DNA of 64,000 bases from an uncultured Solirubrobacterales bacterium (GCA_937128795.1 CAKZMQ010000022.1:28511-92510); one strand, 5' to 3'. Numbered from the stretch's first letter, positions 29,101 through 38,016 are shown. Numbers and translations are program-made. The notes: generated by a model not told the origin, from the sequence alone.

Positions 29101-30912
29101 GTTCCAGGTGGGGTTCGGTGCCGGGTCGGTATCGGAGAGACCGCCGGTGGCCAGGACCTTGCCATCGGGCAGCACGGTCAATTGGTGCAAGCGGCGGCGG
29201 AACTGCATGTCCGCGGCCTCGGTGCTGGTCGGCAGGCCCTGTTCGTCGTTCGTACGCTCGCCCCCGGTCGTCTCGATCAGCGCAGCCGTGTCGACCGCTC
29301 CGTGCTCACGCTCCTGGCCAACTATCGGGGTGTTGGTGCCGACGCATTCGTGGCGTCGGTTTGCGGGCGCAATCGTGCCGTCGGCGAGCAGACAATCGTC
29401 GGGGTCACCGGTGTAATCGGGGTGGTCCGGCGCTGGCTGGCTCGGCTCAAACGAGAAGTTTGCCGGTTTGCCGCCGCCGCTGACGAGGGTGCGCCCGCGA
29501 TCGAAGTTGACGGCCGACCCGTACTCACGGCCGATCGTCCAGTCGCCGTCGTCGCGCAGTCCAAACGATTGATAGCCGCCGCTGCCACGCGGATCGATCA
29601 GCATCATCCGCGGCTCTTCGCCGGCATACAAGACGCGGCCGTCGAGTGAGGGAAACACAAACGGGTAAAGGCGCCATGACGGCGGCGTCGGGTCGCCGGG
29701 AGCGAACGCGAGGTTGGTCAGGCTTCGAAGATGATCCGCCGGTGAATTCGGGTCCCAGTTCTGCGTACCGGGCTGGTAGTTCGACGTGAAGACCTCTGGG
29801 TAAGCCTTCCCAGGCAGGTGGTACGGGCTGTCCGGATCCGTGTCCTGCGGGTCACCAGCGATGATGAACGACTCGCCGTTGGCGAGTGACGCCACCGACG
29901 GGTACCAACGCGGTCGCTCCATGTCCTGAGTGCGCTCCCAGGTCTTGGTGCGCCAGTGGTAGACCCAGGTGTGTTCCAGACCAGCCAGCTGCTGTCCCAT
30001 ATTTCCGCCCGCAAGAAAGAGGTCGCCGTTCGGCAGATGAGAGAATCCGGCGCAGAAGAGGTTTGCGCCGACGACGTCGAGACGTTCGCCGGGCTCGGTT
30101 GGATTCTGGGGATCCCAGAGCAGGATTCGCGTGCTCGGGAAATCGGTGTGCTCGTCCCGGTTGTCCATCACGCCACTGACCAGCCAGTCCCAGTAGAGAA
30201 TCTTGCCGTCTGGCATCAGAGCATTGAACACCGGCACGATCCGCGGATTCGGCGACCAGTATCGGGCGTTGTCGGTCTCCGGATTGATCGAGTCGTACGT
30301 GTAGTCGGCGTCGACGTCGATTATCGGGTCGCCGATCTGCGTACAGGTTTGAAAGTCGTCCTCGACGCAATTCTCGGGAACCGATTCGAACGTCTCGTAG
30401 CTCGGCTGAACCGGCGCGCTCCACGCGCCGATTTCGGCAGGATTGCTTGGACTCGGGCCGTCGCGAAACGCACCGACCGCACGCAGCGAACGCTGGGTCT
30501 CGACCGGCGTGGAAACAGGCATGCCATCGGCGACGCTGATGTCGGACGAACGCGTTGCAAAGCCGTTCGCAGCCGACCCGACCGGCATGTCGAGAGTTTG
30601 CATCAGTACGCGCTCGCGCACCTGCTGGTCGCTCAGCATCACCCTGCCGAGTCGCTTGGCCTGCTCGCCACGACGACGCTCAGCGGCTCGATGCTCGCGG
30701 TCGCCTGCGCGCTGTTGTTTGCGCAGGAGCTCACCCGGTACGGCCAGTCCATCGGCAAACTTGTGAAGCGGCGTTGCGCCAGCGCCGTCGCGATTCAGAC
30801 CGCCCGCGTCGTAACCGTGGCTGCCGCCGTGGGCGTACGCACCCGTCGCGGCAATCAACGCCGCGCAGGAGACCACCGCTGCTGTGACGATCACTCGTAT
30901 TGCGTTACTCAT
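26158..30912 (-). CDS. secreted galactose/glyoxal-oxidase-like (kelch propeller + DUF1929) protein with Ig-like tandem repeats and a basic C-terminal domain
   Basis: Signal peptide MSNAIRVIVTAAVVSCAALIAATGAYA. The propeller/DUF1929 region is RQYHSMAMLLPDGRVISGGGG...ATDQGQRRVPL...PGFYMLFLIDSNGVPS. Then come one divergent plus six 77-aa repeats, a PPPP linker and a 100-aa Arg/Lys-rich tail. Confidence 0.8.
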   Translation of the reverse strand: MSNAIRVIVTAAVVSCAALIAATGAYAHGGSHGYDAGGLNRDGAGATPLHKFADGLAVPGELLRKQQRAGDREHRAAERRRGEQAKRLGRVMLSDQQVRERVLMQTLDMPVGSAANGFATRSSDISVADGMPVSTPVETQRSLRAVGAFRDGPSPSNPAEIGAWSAPVQPSYETFESVPENCVEDDFQTCTQIGDPIIDVDADYTYDSINPETDNARYWSPNPRIVPVFNALMPDGKILYWDWLVSGVMDNRDEHTDFPSTRILLWDPQNPTEPGERLDVVGANLFCAGFSHLPNGDLFLAGGNMGQQLAGLEHTWVYHWRTKTWERTQDMERPRWYPSVASLANGESFIIAGDPQDTDPDSPYHLPGKAYPEVFTSNYQPGTQNWDPNSPADHLRSLTNLAFAPGDPTPPSWRLYPFVFPSLDGRVLYAGEEPRMMLIDPRGSGGYQSFGLRDDGDWTIGREYGSAVNFDRGRTLVSGGGKPANFSFEPSQPAPDHPDYTGDPDDCLLADGTIAPANRRHECVGTNTPIVGQEREHGAVDTAALIETTGGERTNDEQGLPTSTEAADMQFRRRLHQLTVLPDGKVLATGGLSDTDPAPNPTWNANGGDLANDLVNPEAAVYAAEIWDPETDTWTLLDEASKLRQYHSMAMLLPDGRVISGGGGVCGPCYHNSYSEANFEFFSPPYLFNSDGSPRDASQRPAITEPTVLDGSAEVLSPVEYTDEFDVDYSLGDPGTTIDQVTLIKLPAPTHATDQGQRRVPLEFDNSTPGTLAITAPENAFDASPGFYMLFLIDSNGVPSIAKMIQVGAELPLANRTEAAVAFAEKELDGASQDFGLGEFSAARAHLTPVGDNAIESLSIAAGYHAEVCRDEEFTDCATVKSGDYDEIGTRFSGRISSLKVETGEVTETDAEFLDTSADTTPPVVTLHNPVPDSTQVETTATLNFTVTDDSDETPVCDADNGDEVALDPGPNTITIGCIDDAGNGVNHVFTVYVGPIDDPATVEITTPADGFQTAGSNAPVEFTSNGTVPVLCTINGDAATSPATVDLIVGANSIEVVCANSFGSDSDSITVHRGTTPTVSITSPADGLLTTQSSVNVEFNSTGTAPVACAVNGDAATSPAPVALAPGANSIVVSCSNEYGSSSSAISVNRGDAPTVDITSPSDGLSTADAEVSVSFSAAGTTPVSCEIDGNPVTSPATVTLEPGANVITVSCTNDYGTGNDSITVSNGNAATVSITSPIDGTNTTAAAVDVEFTTGGASPITCEIDGDTVTSPATVALQPGANTIVVNCSNDFEPGSDTITVNRGDAPTVDITSPEDGAFTTAPSTTVEFATTGSETVDCTVNGIAATSPATGELPIGANSIEVVCANDFGSDSDAITVNRGLAPAVQITAPTHGSQTSAGSAIVGFSSTGTAPVACTVNGVAATSPSMIGLALGANTIVVNCSNDYGSGSSAIAVVRANPVPPPPVVPPPPNNPNGGAGQLPTERFALSVPRRKKVTRTIYARVRCSQGCWVRMVVSGRKRRSTLKLRRIGATPKTRKVKFRMNRRLYRSVRRARRNKVRVLFKATVRTDAGSRASAAGRFR
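26530..27915. repeat. six tandem 231-bp (77-codon) coding repeats inside the 1584-aa gene
   Basis: The repeat consensus is xPTVxITSPxDG...VEF...G..PV.C.(I/V)(N/D)G...TSPA.V.L..GAN.I.V.C.N.(Y/F)G...(D/S).I.V.RG. Repeats 1 and 5 and repeats 2 and 6 are most alike, suggesting a higher-order duplication. Confidence 0.85.
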
Positions 30913-31060
30913 GGGATGATTCGATTGATGGGCCGATGACGGGAACCACTGGCCGAGAGTTCGCGCTGGGGCTGCGCGAACGGAATTTGGCTCTACATAG
31001 AACTTAGTGCCTAATCATCGGCACCGCAAGTGTTGCCGTGCCCGAAGAGGCTGGGGGCGA

Positions 31061-32437
31061 CTAGGAGCCGGCGACCGACGAGACGTACTCGGAGACCGCT
31101 TGGATCTCCTCGGGCGAGAGCGTGCCGTCAAACGACGGCATAGCGCCACGCCCAGCCGTGACGATCGCCTCGACTTGGGCCTCGCTTGGCTTCAAGTCAT
31201 CGAGATTGGGGCCGACGGTGCCGCTGGTTCCGGCGTCGGCGAGTGTGTGGCAGCCGGCACAGTTCGCCGTGAAGATGGTCTTGCCGTCGGCACCTGCCGC
31301 GGCCTCCTCGCCGCCGCCGGCCTCGGTCTCTTCGGCGCGCTCAGCCTCTTCGGCCTGTTGAAGTTTCGGGGCTTCGGCCCCGCCGATCTGTCCCAACCCG
31401 CCGATGCGGAAGGCCACAACCTGGGCCTTCTGGCCTTTTTCGGTGACGACCGATGCCGGCACGATCACCGTGTCGTCGGAAGCGGCGATCGGCGAGGCGG
31501 AGCCGGCTGGCAGCTTCGACGTCCAGACCTGGTCGCCGCCGTCACGGTCGAATCCATAGATGTTGCCGTCAACCGTCGTGACAAAAACGATGTTGTTGGC
31601 GACCGTGGCGCCGCCAAGCGGTGCGGACGTCAACGTCTTTGTCCAGTTGACGTCGCCATTCTCGGCGTTGATCGAGACCAGCGAGCCGCTGGATGACTTG
31701 GCCTTGATCGTCGACTCGAAGACCTCGTTGAGCGAGGAATCCTTGTCGTCTTCCGGCACGTTTACGACTGGAGCAAAGATGCTGTTGTTGGCCGCAGCCA
31801 TGCTGCTGACCACGCGCGGCGAAGACTCGCTCGGTGCTTCCAGCTGGCGCGACCAGACTTTGTCACCGCTCTCCTCGTTGAGCGCGACGACTTCGCCCTT
31901 CTCGCTGCTGTTGACAACGATCGAGGTGCCGTCATCGGGATCATTGACATTGGTGTTCGTGAGAATCGGGAAATCTTCGAGCGCCAGTTCATCACCCGCC
32001 TCGACGAGCTTGTCGACGAGCCATTCCGGACTGTCGGGTTGATTCGCGTCGATCGTCTCGCCCGAAGCCTCCTCACCTGTGAAGCGATCGAATGCTGTGA
32101 TCTGGCCATTCTCGCCCTCTACGAAGACGAAGTTCTTGTCGATCAACGGCCCGGGGGCACCAGCACCGAAGCCGTGCTTGGCCTTGAAGTCTGCAGTCCA
32201 GCCGACGGCGACGTTGCTGATCGTGCTGGTCGTGATGCGACCGCCGACGTAGCGAGTGTTCTCCGGGTTCTGATTCTGCACGACCCAGGTGTCGGCTGGC
32301 GTGTTGTTGACGCAACCAGTGGCGACCAGAGCAATAGCGATCGCGAGCGCGGCGAGGCTGGCGCTGACAAAGGCGCGGCTGCGAGCTGGGCGAATGTTCT
32401 GCGTTGCGGGGGTCATCAAATACTTTGCGCGGCGCAA
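31061..32437 (-). CDS. lipoprotein: PQQ-like beta-propeller repeat domain fused to a C-terminal c-type cytochrome domain
   Basis: Lipobox LVATGC. Propeller-type repeats are present (G.I.AFDR.TGE, G.V.ALN..SGDKVW, DG.IYGFDRDGGDQVW). The C-terminal haem site is CAGCH followed by GPNLD and a Met ligand region. Confidence 0.7.
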   Translation of the reverse strand: MRRAKYLMTPATQNIRPARSRAFVSASLAALAIAIALVATGCVNNTPADTWVVQNQNPENTRYVGGRITTSTISNVAVGWTADFKAKHGFGAGAPGPLIDKNFVFVEGENGQITAFDRFTGEEASGETIDANQPDSPEWLVDKLVEAGDELALEDFPILTNTNVNDPDDGTSIVVNSSEKGEVVALNEESGDKVWSRQLEAPSESSPRVVSSMAAANNSIFAPVVNVPEDDKDSSLNEVFESTIKAKSSSGSLVSINAENGDVNWTKTLTSAPLGGATVANNIVFVTTVDGNIYGFDRDGGDQVWTSKLPAGSASPIAASDDTVIVPASVVTEKGQKAQVVAFRIGGLGQIGGAEAPKLQQAEEAERAEETEAGGGEEAAAGADGKTIFTANCAGCHTLADAGTSGTVGPNLDDLKPSEAQVEAIVTAGRGAMPSFDGTLSPEEIQAVSEYVSSVAGS

Positions 32438-32506
32438 TCCTAGTCGGCCGAGGGCGCGACGCGCGGGTAAATCTATACGACGGGGTCGGCGGCGAGCCGA
32501 CCGGGC

Positions 32507-33868
32507 TCAATCGACCATCGCGGGAAGGTAAACGCTGAACCTCGATCCTCCACCCAACTCACTCTCGGCGTGGATCAATCCACCGTGCTGTTCGACGATC
32601 CCGCGAGAGACGGCGAGACCCAATCCCGTGCCCCCGGTGCTGGCCTTGGTGGTGAAGAACGGTTCAAAAATGCGCTCGATCGTTTCGGGCATCATCCCCT
32701 GACCGGTATCGGTCACGTCGATCAGAACATATTCACCGAGCTTTGCCCAGGGGTGTGCGACGACGAAATCCCGATTGACGCGGTCGCGACGGCCGGAGAT
32801 CGAGATCGTGCCGCCGTCGGGCATCGAATCGCGGGCGTTGAGCCCGAGGTTGACGAGCACTTGGTCGATCTGTGTCGAATCGGCCATCACCATCGGCAAC
32901 TCGCCGGCGATTTCGGTCTTCACATCAACCGACCTGCCAACCGCACGATCGAGCATTTCCGCGGCGGCGGCGATGCGTTCTCCGATGTCAACTGGCGCGA
33001 CGGAAAGGTCCTGCTGCTTGCCCAACGCGAGCAACTGATGCGCGAGCTCACCGGCGCCAGCAGCCGCATGCTCGATCATGCGAACGTTGTTCAAAGCAGT
33101 TTCGTCGCTGACTTGGTCCCGAAGCAGCTGAGCCCTGGCCTGGATGACCGAAAACTGATTGGCAAAGTCGTGTGCGACTCCTGCGGCCAGTTCACCCATG
33201 CTCTCGAGCCGCTGGCGGCGCGCGAGGATGCGCTCGGTCTCGGCCGCCTGGCGCAGTGCCTCCTCTCGCTCGTCAGCCAGGAGGATGCGCGCCGACGCCA
33301 GCACAGTCTGATTCGCGAGCAGTTGCAGATACTCGAGCTCTGCCTCAGTCGGAAGACGCGGCCCTTCGTCGCCGAACGTACCGAGCCCGATCGAGCCGAA
33401 CGTGCTGTCGATCAGTTTCATCGGCACGTTTATCACCGTGCGATTACCGAGTCGCTCGACAATCTCGCGGTTTACGTCGGGGTCGGTCTGGGCATCCTCG
33501 ACGATCTGAATTTCGCCGGTTTCGATCAATCGCGCGATGTACGGATCGCCGTCGATCGGCACCTCTTGAGCGGCGTCCCACGCAGACTCAACACCCGGAC
33601 CCTGATGTGAATAGATCTTGAACGCGTTGCGCTCGGGGACCGCAATGCCAATCCACGCGGTGTTGTAGCCGACCGAACCTCGAATCTCGCTGACAACCGC
33701 ATCCAGCAGTTCGTCGTGTGTGCTGACCGACTGCAAACGTTCTGCAAATCCGAGTAGACGGCTGTCTGTCAGTTGCTGTTTGAGCACAAACCGAAAACTA
33801 CTTGATCGCGAGACCGACCGCGTAGCCACCGCTGCTGGACGGCGTCGAACGACCTCTGGACGACGCAT
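32507..33868 (-). CDS. cytoplasmic GAF-domain sensor histidine kinase (orphan)
   Basis: N-terminal GAF-like region, H-box AAGVAHDFANQ, N box LNARDSM, and G boxes DTGQGM and GTGLGLAVS. No response regulator gene lies adjacent. Confidence 0.8.
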   Translation of the reverse strand: MRRPEVVRRRPAAVATRSVSRSSSFRFVLKQQLTDSRLLGFAERLQSVSTHDELLDAVVSEIRGSVGYNTAWIGIAVPERNAFKIYSHQGPGVESAWDAAQEVPIDGDPYIARLIETGEIQIVEDAQTDPDVNREIVERLGNRTVINVPMKLIDSTFGSIGLGTFGDEGPRLPTEAELEYLQLLANQTVLASARILLADEREEALRQAAETERILARRQRLESMGELAAGVAHDFANQFSVIQARAQLLRDQVSDETALNNVRMIEHAAAGAGELAHQLLALGKQQDLSVAPVDIGERIAAAAEMLDRAVGRSVDVKTEIAGELPMVMADSTQIDQVLVNLGLNARDSMPDGGTISISGRRDRVNRDFVVAHPWAKLGEYVLIDVTDTGQGMMPETIERIFEPFFTTKASTGGTGLGLAVSRGIVEQHGGLIHAESELGGGSRFSVYLPAMVD

Positions 33869-33950
33869 CGCTCACCGGGTTCGCCGCGGCGGACACACGG
33901 TTTTCAGCAGTGGCCAAGCCGCCATCCCTTTGCTAAGTTGAGTGTTACGG

Positions 33951-34027
<77 letters not shown>

Positions 34028-34057
34028 AAAACTCCCCGGAAATCTGGGGAGTTTTTT
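34028..34057. terminator. intrinsic terminator (bidirectional) after the tRNA and after the rep-like gene
   Basis: Perfect 10-bp stem aaaactcccc/ggggagtttt, loop ggaaatct, then a T-run. On the other strand it is followed by ttttgtat. Confidence 0.7.
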
Positions 34058-34883
34058 ATTGCGTATTTTCGCGACGTCGACAATCTAACGAGCGATCTAA
34101 CAATCGGTCGTCTCCCCTGTCGGCCGGAAGCGGGTCAAAGACCCACCACGGGATTTCAGTCCCGGAGTAGATGCGGCAGTACTTACCCGCTCCCAAGAGC
34201 GGCTCCCACTCGCATTCACCCGCACCCTCCTGAGCAGGGCCACCAAAGATGGAACCCTCGGCCGGATCGAATGCTGGGGCCGCCGGAAAGTCTCTTGAAA
34301 AGCCGTAGGCGCGTTGCCCTTCCTCAAGGTCGGCCAGCCTGTGCGAGATGTACTTCGAGCAATACCGCGCATGTTCTGGCTTCGCACGTTCGATGAATTG
34401 TTGCGACCCGAAACCGCTCTCTTCAACCAGCTTGCGCCAAAGCTCCAGGTCATCACGAAACCACTTCATGAAGAAGATGCCGTGGTAATGCAACGTGCCG
34501 TTTTCTTGACGCTGAAGCACCCAGCCGTATCCGGCGAGGAGCTTGCGATAGCGCAGCTTTGAGATCAGACGGCGCAAGCATTCGTGGGCCTCCGCCGCCG
34601 TTGGCGCGCGATCCTCCGGGAAGGTCAGCGTTACGAACGCCGGAAACATTCCCTTCGGCGGCTTCTGAATCGCTACTCGAAATCGACCCGCCAACTCCCA
34701 CTGCTTGCGCATCGCGCAGCCCGGACACCTGCGCCATCGCTTGCACGCGACCTCGATCCGTTCGCCGTGATTGGCGCACTCCAACATCAGCGGCGAACTA
34801 CAGACCCATTTCGATGAACTTTTCGCACTTGTTCGTAATAGCTCGCCCTTCGGGCTCGCTTTCAAGGAAACAGTCCTAAACAT
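34056..34883 (-). CDS. rolling-circle (HUH-type) replication initiator-like protein
   Basis: N-terminal zinc-ribbon-like CANHGERIEVACKRWRRCPGCAMRK, an HUH-like motif GTLHYHGIFF and a Tyr motif RYCSKYISH. The assignment rests on motifs only. Confidence 0.5.
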   Translation of the reverse strand: MFRTVSLKASPKGELLRTSAKSSSKWVCSSPLMLECANHGERIEVACKRWRRCPGCAMRKQWELAGRFRVAIQKPPKGMFPAFVTLTFPEDRAPTAAEAHECLRRLISKLRYRKLLAGYGWVLQRQENGTLHYHGIFFMKWFRDDLELWRKLVEESGFGSQQFIERAKPEHARYCSKYISHRLADLEEGQRAYGFSRDFPAAPAFDPAEGSIFGGPAQEGAGECEWEPLLGAGKYCRIYSGTEIPWWVFDPLPADRGDDRLLDRSLDCRRRENTQ

Positions 34884-35250
34884 CGCTTTCGCTTGACCCT
34901 CCGATGTCCGTAGCCGGTGTGGTCCCGGCCGCTGGGACGGGCTGAGGCCCTTCCCAACGCCCTACAACCGAAACGGCCAGACCGAGCTGAAAATGGACGT
35001 AGAGGAGCGTCGAGACTTCCGACACCTTCTGAGAGTCATTGGCGAGCTTCTTGATCTCATCCGACAGGTGCCCTCTGAGTCCGTTCGCGATTCGATCCCA
35101 GTGCCCCCGAGTTTCAGGCCCGAATTCCGGAAACACGCGGATTAGCGAATCCAGATCTTGAAAACGTGCGCGAACCCCGTCGCGTTGCAAATCCCCTAGC
35201 GCCTTGTGTGCGGCCCAGAGATGTACCTGGGCTTGGTCAAGTCCGTCCAT
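34876..35250 (-). CDS. hypothetical protein (124 aa) of the integrative element
   Basis: The ORF overlaps the rep-like start by 8 nt (coupled). No motif is recognised. Confidence 0.45.
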   Translation of the reverse strand: MDGLDQAQVHLWAAHKALGDLQRDGVRARFQDLDSLIRVFPEFGPETRGHWDRIANGLRGHLSDEIKKLANDSQKVSEVSTLLYVHFQLGLAVSVVGRWEGPQPVPAAGTTPATDIGGSSESDV

Positions 35251-35321
35251 GACTAGGACTGTGCCTGAGGTTCGCGAGCCGTGCAGGGTTTTCCACTAAG
35301 TGCCGGAAGATCCGCTTTGCC

Positions 35322-36053
35322 GTGGATCTCACAGAGAGTTACAAGAAAGTGTTTCCGGAAGATGTCCTTGAGCGCTACACGTTCGAGGAGACGCGCTCGG
35401 CTGCTGCCGTTCTCGCGCATACGAACGCGGAGGAGTTCGATCACCTCGTGACGGCATTGAGAGAGTTCGAGCTGATTCCCCGCGATGTCATCGAACCCGG
35501 CAAGAACGAATCGAAGATCGCCGCTCGACTCAATGAATCGTTCCGAAGCCGAGGTTGGCGAGAAGGCCAGTACAACCTCAAGATTTCCTCCCTGCTTCGC
35601 CTAATGCCATACAAACCTGCGGGCGAAAAGAAGGCCATCGAGATTGAATCTGAAGTTGAATCAGCGGGCTACAAGGTGGACAACATCCGCTCCACAGTTG
35701 CGCTTGACGTTGAGTGGAACGCGAAGGACGGGAACCTAGATCGGGACGTAGCTGCGTATCGCTCCCTGTACGACGCGGGATTCATTTCGGTAGGTGTGAT
35801 CGTGACCCGCACGACAGACGATCTCCGAGCGTTAGGCGCGCTCTACGACCGTCCCAAGTTTCTCGGGACCACGACCACTACAAACCTTCCGAAGCTCAAG
35901 CAACGAATGACCCGGGGCGATGGCGGCGGTTGTCCGATGCTGGCAATCGCGATCTCAGCGAAGTGCTTCGACCCAGACGGCGACGGCCACGACGAGCCGG
36001 AAGCGCTCGCCGCCGACAGGGATCAGGTTCAGGCGCTAACCGACGGCGACTAG
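35322..36053 (+). CDS. putative type II restriction endonuclease (BamHI/BglII-like PD-(D/E)XK fold)
   Basis: The core YKVDNIRSTVALDVEWNAKDGNLDRDVAAYRSLYDAGFISVGVIVTR resembles the (V/I)E(V/I)(E/Q)(F/W)GN...RD...(I/V)GV(I/V)I core of BamHI/BglII-type enzymes. It is convergent with, and overlaps, an MT-A70 methyltransferase. GTG start. Confidence 0.45.
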   Translation: MDLTESYKKVFPEDVLERYTFEETRSAAAVLAHTNAEEFDHLVTALREFELIPRDVIEPGKNESKIAARLNESFRSRGWREGQYNLKISSLLRLMPYKPAGEKKAIEIESEVESAGYKVDNIRSTVALDVEWNAKDGNLDRDVAAYRSLYDAGFISVGVIVTRTTDDLRALGALYDRPKFLGTTTTTNLPKLKQRMTRGDGGGCPMLAIAISAKCFDPDGDGHDEPEALAADRDQVQALTDGD

Positions 36054-36689
36054 CGGAGGCCGACCGTCAGGCACACCGTACGCAGCGTTCGAGAAGCGCT
36101 CCGGTTCATATGCGCCCAGCTCGTTGCCCCATTGAGTCCAGCCCGGACGCTCGTTGCGAGCGAAAAGTTCTAGCCACGGACCCGGCGAGCACGACTCCAC
36201 TACGTCGTACATCTGATCGGGCTTACGCGAGTGCTCGCGCTTGCGCTCCGAGACGAGATTGACTTGCGTCCGACCGGGGTCGAGTGTGCGGTTCTGCTTT
36301 CCGCGAATGCCAAACAACACCATCTCGGTCACATTGCGGAAGTAGAAGCCGACGCCGCGACCGTCTGGGCCGCCGTCCTTCCTCGTCTTGTACCAAACCA
36401 AGTTTGTCTTGTACTCAAAGCCCCAGGCTTCCATTACGGCAAGTCCGTCGGCGAGCAGCGCGTTAGGCACCCAGAGGTATAGGTGGGACTTGTCAGCGAC
36501 GACGCTTGACACCGGCAAATCGCAAATCTCCGCCGTCGTCATCGTCTCGTATCGGGCGAGCCTTTGATGCTCAGGGGCCATTTTCCCGGTGCGATTCTGG
36601 AAACGCCACGGGGGATCTGCGAGCACCGTCCGAAACGGGTCGTGCTTCTTCGTAAGTGCCTTCATTGACTGATGCGTCAAGTTCTCCAT
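36036..36689 (-). CDS. MT-A70-family DNA (N6-adenine/N4-cytosine) methyltransferase
   Basis: Catalytic DPPW motif (VLADPPWRFQNR), then LYLWVPNALL and a C-terminal HSRKPD. The start is set at the ATG at 36689 (MENLTHQ). Confidence 0.8.
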   Translation of the reverse strand: MENLTHQSMKALTKKHDPFRTVLADPPWRFQNRTGKMAPEHQRLARYETMTTAEICDLPVSSVVADKSHLYLWVPNALLADGLAVMEAWGFEYKTNLVWYKTRKDGGPDGRGVGFYFRNVTEMVLFGIRGKQNRTLDPGRTQVNLVSERKREHSRKPDQMYDVVESCSPGPWLELFARNERPGWTQWGNELGAYEPERFSNAAYGVPDGRPPLVAVG

Positions 36690-36807
36690 GATTACCCCTC
36701 TGTTCAACGGCCGCGTCCGCTTGCCTCTAGCCGAGATGGCAAACGTAGTGGTTCCAGCGGCCGGATCCGTATGTACGAACATACGTTCGTGTCACCGCCG
36801 GACGGAA

Positions 36808-38016
36808 TTAAACCCGCACCATCGAGCCGAGTTCCACTCCAAACACATGGGTGTAGATGTCGGTGGTCACCGCAAACGTCGAATGCCCCATCGTCGCCTG
36901 AATGGCCTTAAGAGACGTTTCGCCGCGATTCTTGAGCATCAGCACCGAGCAGAATGAGTGGCGCAGGTCATGGATTCTCAGCCGGTCAGGTAGGTCGGCC
37001 TTCTCCACGGCAGCACGAAAGATGCGGCTTCGGTAGTTGTCTGGGCAAACGAGCTTTCCGCTTTCAGAAGTGAAGATGAAATCCTTGCTCCCAGTCTTCT
37101 CGGCCGAGGTTTTTAGCTCGGCCAGCAGGTCGATCAATTCCCGTCGGACAGGGACGCGCCGAAAGGACATTTCTGATTTCGGATCGCCGGGTTCGCCACC
37201 GCGAGAAGAGGATCGCGAAACGTGAATCTCGGCGCGGTCAAAGTCGATGTCCCTCCATTGAAGTGCTCGCGCTTCCCCAAGCCTCAGTCCCGAAAAGCAC
37301 AGCACAGCAGTCAGCCCCTTCCAGCGCGGATCCACGACATCTACGAGCAGCTCAAGCTCTCGCTGATCAATGAACAGCGGCCGACGCATCTTGAGCTTTG
37401 GCAGCTCGGCACCCTTCACCGGATTGATCGCTATGACCTCGTCGGCAATCGCGAGATCGAGGATCGCGTGTAGAACTGCGATGTGATTGCGGATTGTCTT
37501 GGCCGACAGCGCGCGCGGTTTGCGGAGCGCTCCAAGGCCATCAACTGCCGGATCGAACTCGCGCTTGACCGACCGCACCGGCATCGACGCGATTCCCTTT
37601 TTCTTCGCCGCAATGTACTTACGGACGTCCTCCGGCTCTACATCAATGACCCGACAGGAACCGTCGTCGAACGATGGGAGCAGGTGGCCGTAGATGATCG
37701 TCAGGTAGTCCTGCGTCGTCGTTTTCCTAATGGCTCCCGTGTCTTCATTCTGCCTGAGAAATCGATCGGCGTAGTAACGCATCGATCGCTCGCTCGCGAT
37801 CTCAGGCTGTCCCTCGGTCTTGGCGTCCTGGACTTCTGTGAGAAGCTGGTTCAGGAGTTCCTGAGCGTGCCGCGCAGTCGGACCTGCGGCCTTCCAGCGT
37901 TGAACATTCGCGGCGTCCCAATACACCGCGTAGTAGGTGGCTGAACCGTCCGCCTTGGTTCGCATCTGAATCGAGCCAGAGCCGCGCGGGCGGCGAGTGC
38001 GTGATTTCTTAGACAT
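36808..38016 (-). CDS. int: tyrosine-type site-specific integrase
   Basis: Catalytic region GLRLGEARALQWRDID...HDLRHSF...GHSTFAVTTDIYTHV (the R..HxxR..Y pattern). The start at the ATG at 38016 (MSKKSRTRRPRGSGSI) overlaps the xis stop by 8 nt. Confidence 0.9.
   Translation of the reverse strand: MSKKSRTRRPRGSGSIQMRTKADGSATYYAVYWDAANVQRWKAAGPTARHAQELLNQLLTEVQDAKTEGQPEIASERSMRYYADRFLRQNEDTGAIRKTTTQDYLTIIYGHLLPSFDDGSCRVIDVEPEDVRKYIAAKKKGIASMPVRSVKREFDPAVDGLGALRKPRALSAKTIRNHIAVLHAILDLAIADEVIAINPVKGAELPKLKMRRPLFIDQRELELLVDVVDPRWKGLTAVLCFSGLRLGEARALQWRDIDFDRAEIHVSRSSSRGGEPGDPKSEMSFRRVPVRRELIDLLAELKTSAEKTGSKDFIFTSESGKLVCPDNYRSRIFRAAVEKADLPDRLRIHDLRHSFCSVLMLKNRGETSLKAIQATMGHSTFAVTTDIYTHVFGVELGSMVRV

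Noticed and set aside
26597-30939. Several 100-330-aa + strand ORFs opposite the 1584-aa gene (for example 29956-30939)
   Set aside because: They are antisense to a gene with a signal peptide and recognisable catalytic and repeat domains.
32570-33610. 346-aa + strand ORF opposite the histidine kinase
   Set aside because: It is an antisense artefact. The kinase has H, N and G boxes.
33911-33939. Possible tRNA promoter: TGGCCA, 17-nt spacer, TAAGTT, 11 nt upstream of the tRNA
   Set aside because: The spacing is right but the -35 match is weak. It cannot be supported without transcript data, so it was not listed as a feature.
35253-35444. 63-aa - strand ORF at the start of the restriction-enzyme gene
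   Set aside because: It overlaps the better-supported + strand gene and the divergent promoter region. No supporting signal was found.
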